A stretch of DNA of 64,000 bases from Prevotellaceae bacterium (GTDB taxonomy: Bacteria; Bacteroidota; Bacteroidia; Bacteroidales; UBA932): positions 20,874-84,873 of the forward strand of contig JAISBU010000027.1 of assembly GCA_031266015.1 (NCBI GenBank). The letters run 5' to 3'. Shown here piece after piece: positions 60,746 through 64,000 of the stretch. The first letter of the stretch is position 1; every line of letters begins with the position of its first letter. Below the pieces are notes generated by a model. That model worked only from the letters and a program-made list of their open reading frames with translations. It did not search any database and was not told the DNA's origin. The position numbers and the translations under genes were made by a program.

Positions 60746-62533
60746 ATGCAAAACATTCGCAACTTTTGTATAATAGCCCATATTGACCACGGAAAAAGTA
60801 CGCTGGCAGACCGATTGCTGGAGTTAACCCATACTGTTAACGAACGCCAAATGGAGGCTCAGGTGCTCGACAGCATGGACTTGGAAAAGGAAAAGGGCAT
60901 TACCATAAAGAGCCACGCCATACAAATGGACTACCTGCAAGGCGGGCAAAAATATGTGCTGAACCTTATCGACACGCCGGGGCACGTGGACTTCAGCTAC
61001 GAAGTTAGCCGTGCCATTGCTTCCTGCGAGGGCGCTCTACTTATCGTTGATGCTACACAAGGCATTCAGGCTCAAACAATTTCCAATTTATACCTGGCGC
61101 TCGAGCACGATCTTGAAATCATCCCTGTCATCAACAAAATTGACATGGAAGCGGCAATGGTGGATGAGGTGAGCGATCAGATTATTGATCTTATCGGCTG
61201 CAAAAAAGAAGCTATCATTCCGGTAAGCGCCAAAACAGGTTTTAACGTAGAGAAAATACTGGAGGCGGTTGTAGAGCGCATTCCCCCGCCAAAAGGTAAT
61301 GAAAGTGCGCCGCTGCAAGCGCTCATTTTCGACTCCGTATTCAACTCTTTCCGTGGAATTATTGCTTACTGCAAAGTAGTAAACGGCGTTCTCCGCAAGG
61401 GCGAAAAGGTTAAGTTCATCAATACCGGTAAAGAGTATATTGCTGACGAAGTAGGTATTCTTCGCCTCAACATGGAACCTCGCAACGAGATGCGCACAGG
61501 AGACGTAGGCTATATTATCTCAGGCATCAAAACGGCTGCCGAAGTAAAGGTCGGCGACACCATTACCACCTGCGAAAACCCTGCTAAACAGTCAATTGCC
61601 GGATTCGAGGATGTTAAACCAATGGTGTTTGCGGGTATTTACCCCGTAAGTACAGATGAGTATGAGGATTTACGAGCCGCAATGGAGAAATTGCAGCTTA
61701 ACGATGCCTCGCTCACCTTTGAGCCGGAATCGTCGCTCGCTTTGGGATTCGGATTCCGTTGCGGATTCTTGGGTTTGCTGCACATGGAGATTATTCAGGA
61801 GCGCCTGTATCGTGAGTTCGATATGGATGTGATTACTACCGTACCCAACGTTTCGTTTAACGTTTACACCACGCAAGGCGAAACGATAACGGTGCATAAC
61901 CCATCCGGGCTACCCGCCCCCACGCTTATAGACCATGTAGAGGAGCCGTACATCAAAGCGCAGGTGATTACAAAAACCGACTACTTGGGCATTGTAATGA
62001 AGCTGTGTTTGGACAAGCGTGGTATTCTGAAAAATCAGCATTTTATTTCACCAACACGCGTGGAACTATCGCTTGATATGCCGTTGAGTGAAATTGTGTT
62101 TGATTTCTACGATAAGCTCAAGAGCATTTCCCGCGGATACGCTTCTTTTGACTATCAGCTGTGCGACTACCGCCCTGCGGAATTAGCCAAATTGGATATT
62201 CTACTTAACAGTGAACCTGTTGATGCTTTATCGGCGCTTATTTACAAGGATCACGCCTACGATTTCGGACGCAAAATGTGCGAAAAGTTAAAAGAGCTTA
62301 TTCCACGCCAACAGTTCGATATTGCCATACAAGCCGCTATAGGAGCCAAAATTATTGCCCGTGAAACGGTGAAAGCCGTGCGTAAAGACGTGCTTGCAAA
62401 GTGTTATGGCGGCGATATTTCCCGTAAGCGTAAGCTTCTCGAAAAGCAGAAGAAGGGAAAGAAGCGCATGCGCCAGGTGGGTAACGTAGAGGTACCGCAA
62501 GATGCATTTTTGGCCGTGTTGAAGATGGACTAG
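60746..62533 (+). CDS. lepA: translation elongation factor 4
   Basis: 595 aa; ..[20 protein letters not shown]..; conserved LepA C-terminus. Confidence 0.97.
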   Translation: MQNIRNFCIIAHIDHGKSTLADRLLELTHTVNERQMEAQVLDSMDLEKEKGITIKSHAIQMDYLQGGQKYVLNLIDTPGHVDFSYEVSRAIASCEGALLIVDATQGIQAQTISNLYLALEHDLEIIPVINKIDMEAAMVDEVSDQIIDLIGCKKEAIIPVSAKTGFNVEKILEAVVERIPPPKGNESAPLQALIFDSVFNSFRGIIAYCKVVNGVLRKGEKVKFINTGKEYIADEVGILRLNMEPRNEMRTGDVGYIISGIKTAAEVKVGDTITTCENPAKQSIAGFEDVKPMVFAGIYPVSTDEYEDLRAAMEKLQLNDASLTFEPESSLALGFGFRCGFLGLLHMEIIQERLYREFDMDVITTVPNVSFNVYTTQGETITVHNPSGLPAPTLIDHVEEPYIKAQVITKTDYLGIVMKLCLDKRGILKNQHFISPTRVELSLDMPLSEIVFDFYDKLKSISRGYASFDYQLCDYRPAELAKLDILLNSEPVDALSALIYKDHAYDFGRKMCEKLKELIPRQQFDIAIQAAIGAKIIARETVKAVRKDVLAKCYGGDISRKRKLLEKQKKGKKRMRQVGNVEVPQDAFLAVLKMD

Positions 62534-62608
62534 CCTTAGAAGTTGCCAAAACGCTCAACGCACGTATTGCTAATCTTAAACAAAAAGCATAGATCTAAAG
62601 CAAACTTT

Positions 62609-63835
62609 ATGACCTATGAGCCATCAACGATGAACACCATTCGCTCACATTTTCCCATATTATCCCAAACCGTCAACGGCAAACCGCTGGTGTACTTTGA
62701 TAATGGCGCCACAGCGCAAAAACCGCAGGTGGTTATTGACGCCATAAACGAGCTGCATTCTTCGCTCAACGGCAATATTCACCGAGGTATCCATTACATG
62801 GCGGAGCAATGTACGGAGCGCTACGAGGCGGCAAGAGAAACTGTTCGTGCATACATCAATGCGGCAAAATCACACGAGGTTATTTTCACTGCAGGCACCA
62901 CAGCCGGCATTAACCTTGTTGCATTCTCATTCGGAGAAAAATATGTAACGGCAGGCGATGAAATCATAACCACCGAAATGGAACATCACAGCAACGTTGT
63001 ACCCTGGCAAATGCTGTGCAACCGCAAAGGAGCCACTTTAAAAGTGCTTCCTTTTGCCGACAGCGGCGAGCTAAGAGTAGATTTGCTTTCCTCGTTGATT
63101 TCTCCTAAAACGAAGCTGGTTACGGTAACGCAAATCTCTAACGTGCTGGGAACGATAAATCCGATAGCGGAAATTGTAAAAATAGCGCACGCCCGGCATA
63201 TTCCTGTTTTGGTAGATGGTGCGCAGGGCGCCCAGCACGGCGGAGTTGATGTGCAACAAACAGGCTGTGATTTTTACGTCTTTTCGGGACACAAAATTTA
63301 CGGACCTACCGGAATCGGCGTTTTGTACGCCAAAGAGAAATTGCTGGAGGAAATGCCGCCTTACCAAGGTGGTGGCGACATGGTGAAAACCGTATCATTT
63401 GCAAAAACTACCTACGCTGATCTTCCCTACAAGTTTGAAGCCGGAACAGCCAACTACATCGGGGCCATTGGTTTAGGCGCTGCTATTTCCTTCATTAATT
63501 CCCTGAATAAGAAAGAGTTACGCAAACAAGAGCAGACGTTACTACAACATGCTACAGCTCAACTACGAGCAATTGACGGCATAAACATTTACGGCAATGC
63601 CTCGAATAAAGCCGGCCTCGTTTCCTTCTCTATGGAGAGAATTCATCATCTTGACGTTGCTCAGATTTTGGATAAGCTGGGAGTTGCTGTTCGCAGCGGG
63701 ACGCTTTGCGCCGAGCCGGTTATGCAGCACTACGGTCTTACGGGAATGGTTCGCGCATCCTTTGCTTTTTACAACACCATTGAGGAAATCAACGTATGGG
63801 TAGAAGGTTTGAAGAGGGTAAAAAGTATGATGTAG
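62609..63835 (+). CDS. sufS: cysteine desulfurase, SufS-like (class V aminotransferase)
   Basis: start at MTYEPSTMNTIRSHFPIL.. (62609); ..FSGHKIYGPTGIG.. PLP lysine; ..RSGTLCAEP.. active-site Cys. Confidence 0.88.
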   Translation: MTYEPSTMNTIRSHFPILSQTVNGKPLVYFDNGATAQKPQVVIDAINELHSSLNGNIHRGIHYMAEQCTERYEAARETVRAYINAAKSHEVIFTAGTTAGINLVAFSFGEKYVTAGDEIITTEMEHHSNVVPWQMLCNRKGATLKVLPFADSGELRVDLLSSLISPKTKLVTVTQISNVLGTINPIAEIVKIAHARHIPVLVDGAQGAQHGGVDVQQTGCDFYVFSGHKIYGPTGIGVLYAKEKLLEEMPPYQGGGDMVKTVSFAKTTYADLPYKFEAGTANYIGAIGLGAAISFINSLNKKELRKQEQTLLQHATAQLRAIDGINIYGNASNKAGLVSFSMERIHHLDVAQILDKLGVAVRSGTLCAEPVMQHYGLTGMVRASFAFYNTIEEINVWVEGLKRVKSMM

Positions 63836-63898
63836 AATTAATTTCCGAACGACATTCTTGACACCCGCATGAGATTCCTCCCCTCCCTATATTAGGGT

Positions 63899-63965
63899 TA
63901 CCGTCATTTCGACCAAGCGCACGAGGAACGAGCGGGCGCGTAGAGAAATCTCTGTCGCTGACGGG
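63899..63965. repeat. GTCATTTCGACC...GAGAAATCTC repeat module, near-identical to the reverse complement of 47041-47107
   Basis: manual alignment shows 2 mismatches over 67 nt. Confidence 0.85.
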
Positions 63966-64000
63966 ATGTCGGGAGGCGTGTCGGCAGTGGGCCATCATCG

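Overview
This window looks like a mostly housekeeping chromosomal stretch of a Bacteroidota genome. Supporting signs are a T9SS-type C-terminal sorting domain, two PorE-like TPR/beta-propeller/OmpA proteins, recurrent TAnnTTTG -7 promoter boxes, no obvious Shine-Dalgarno sites, and an F-ATPase operon ordered atpD-atpC-X-atpBEFHAG. I call about 57 protein genes and 2 tRNAs (Phe-GAA, Lys-CTT). The protein genes include the F1Fo ATP synthase, murB, mlaEF-like genes, ubiX, uxuA, pyrF, prfA, purM, efp, aspS, rnhA, thyA, lpxH, lnt, mdh, rbfA, cysK, class II RNR, tag, dxr, rseP, lepA and sufS. I also list several hairpin terminators and promoter boxes. All family assignments come from reading the translated ORFs and recalling motifs; no search was run. 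I found no CRISPR array, transposase, integrase, reverse transcriptase, restriction, toxin-antitoxin or other recognisable defence or mobile gene, and I cannot honestly point to a clear new multi-gene system. The most notable unexplained structure is non-coding: a modular family of REP/MITE-like repeats at 10 or more intergenic loci. Two of these loci are roughly 420-460 bp compound elements bounded by inverted 'tail' modules around a GC-rich perfect palindrome (3721-4136 and 46921-47383). One 67-nt module is nearly identical between 47041-47107 and 63899-63965. Protein-level oddities are: a second PorE-like paralogue with a roughly 200-aa acidic insert and a basic tail; an orphan Na+-decarboxylase beta subunit coupled to a small membrane protein; a 7-blade repeat lipoprotein with a very recent internal duplication next to a T9SS cargo protein; and a 523-aa unknown protein overlapping rnhA. 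RNA-level oddities are a perfect 20-bp terminator-like hairpin sitting between divergent genes, a GGAACAAGG repeat cluster upstream of the uxu genes, and long leaders or spacers before nrdJ and rbfA.
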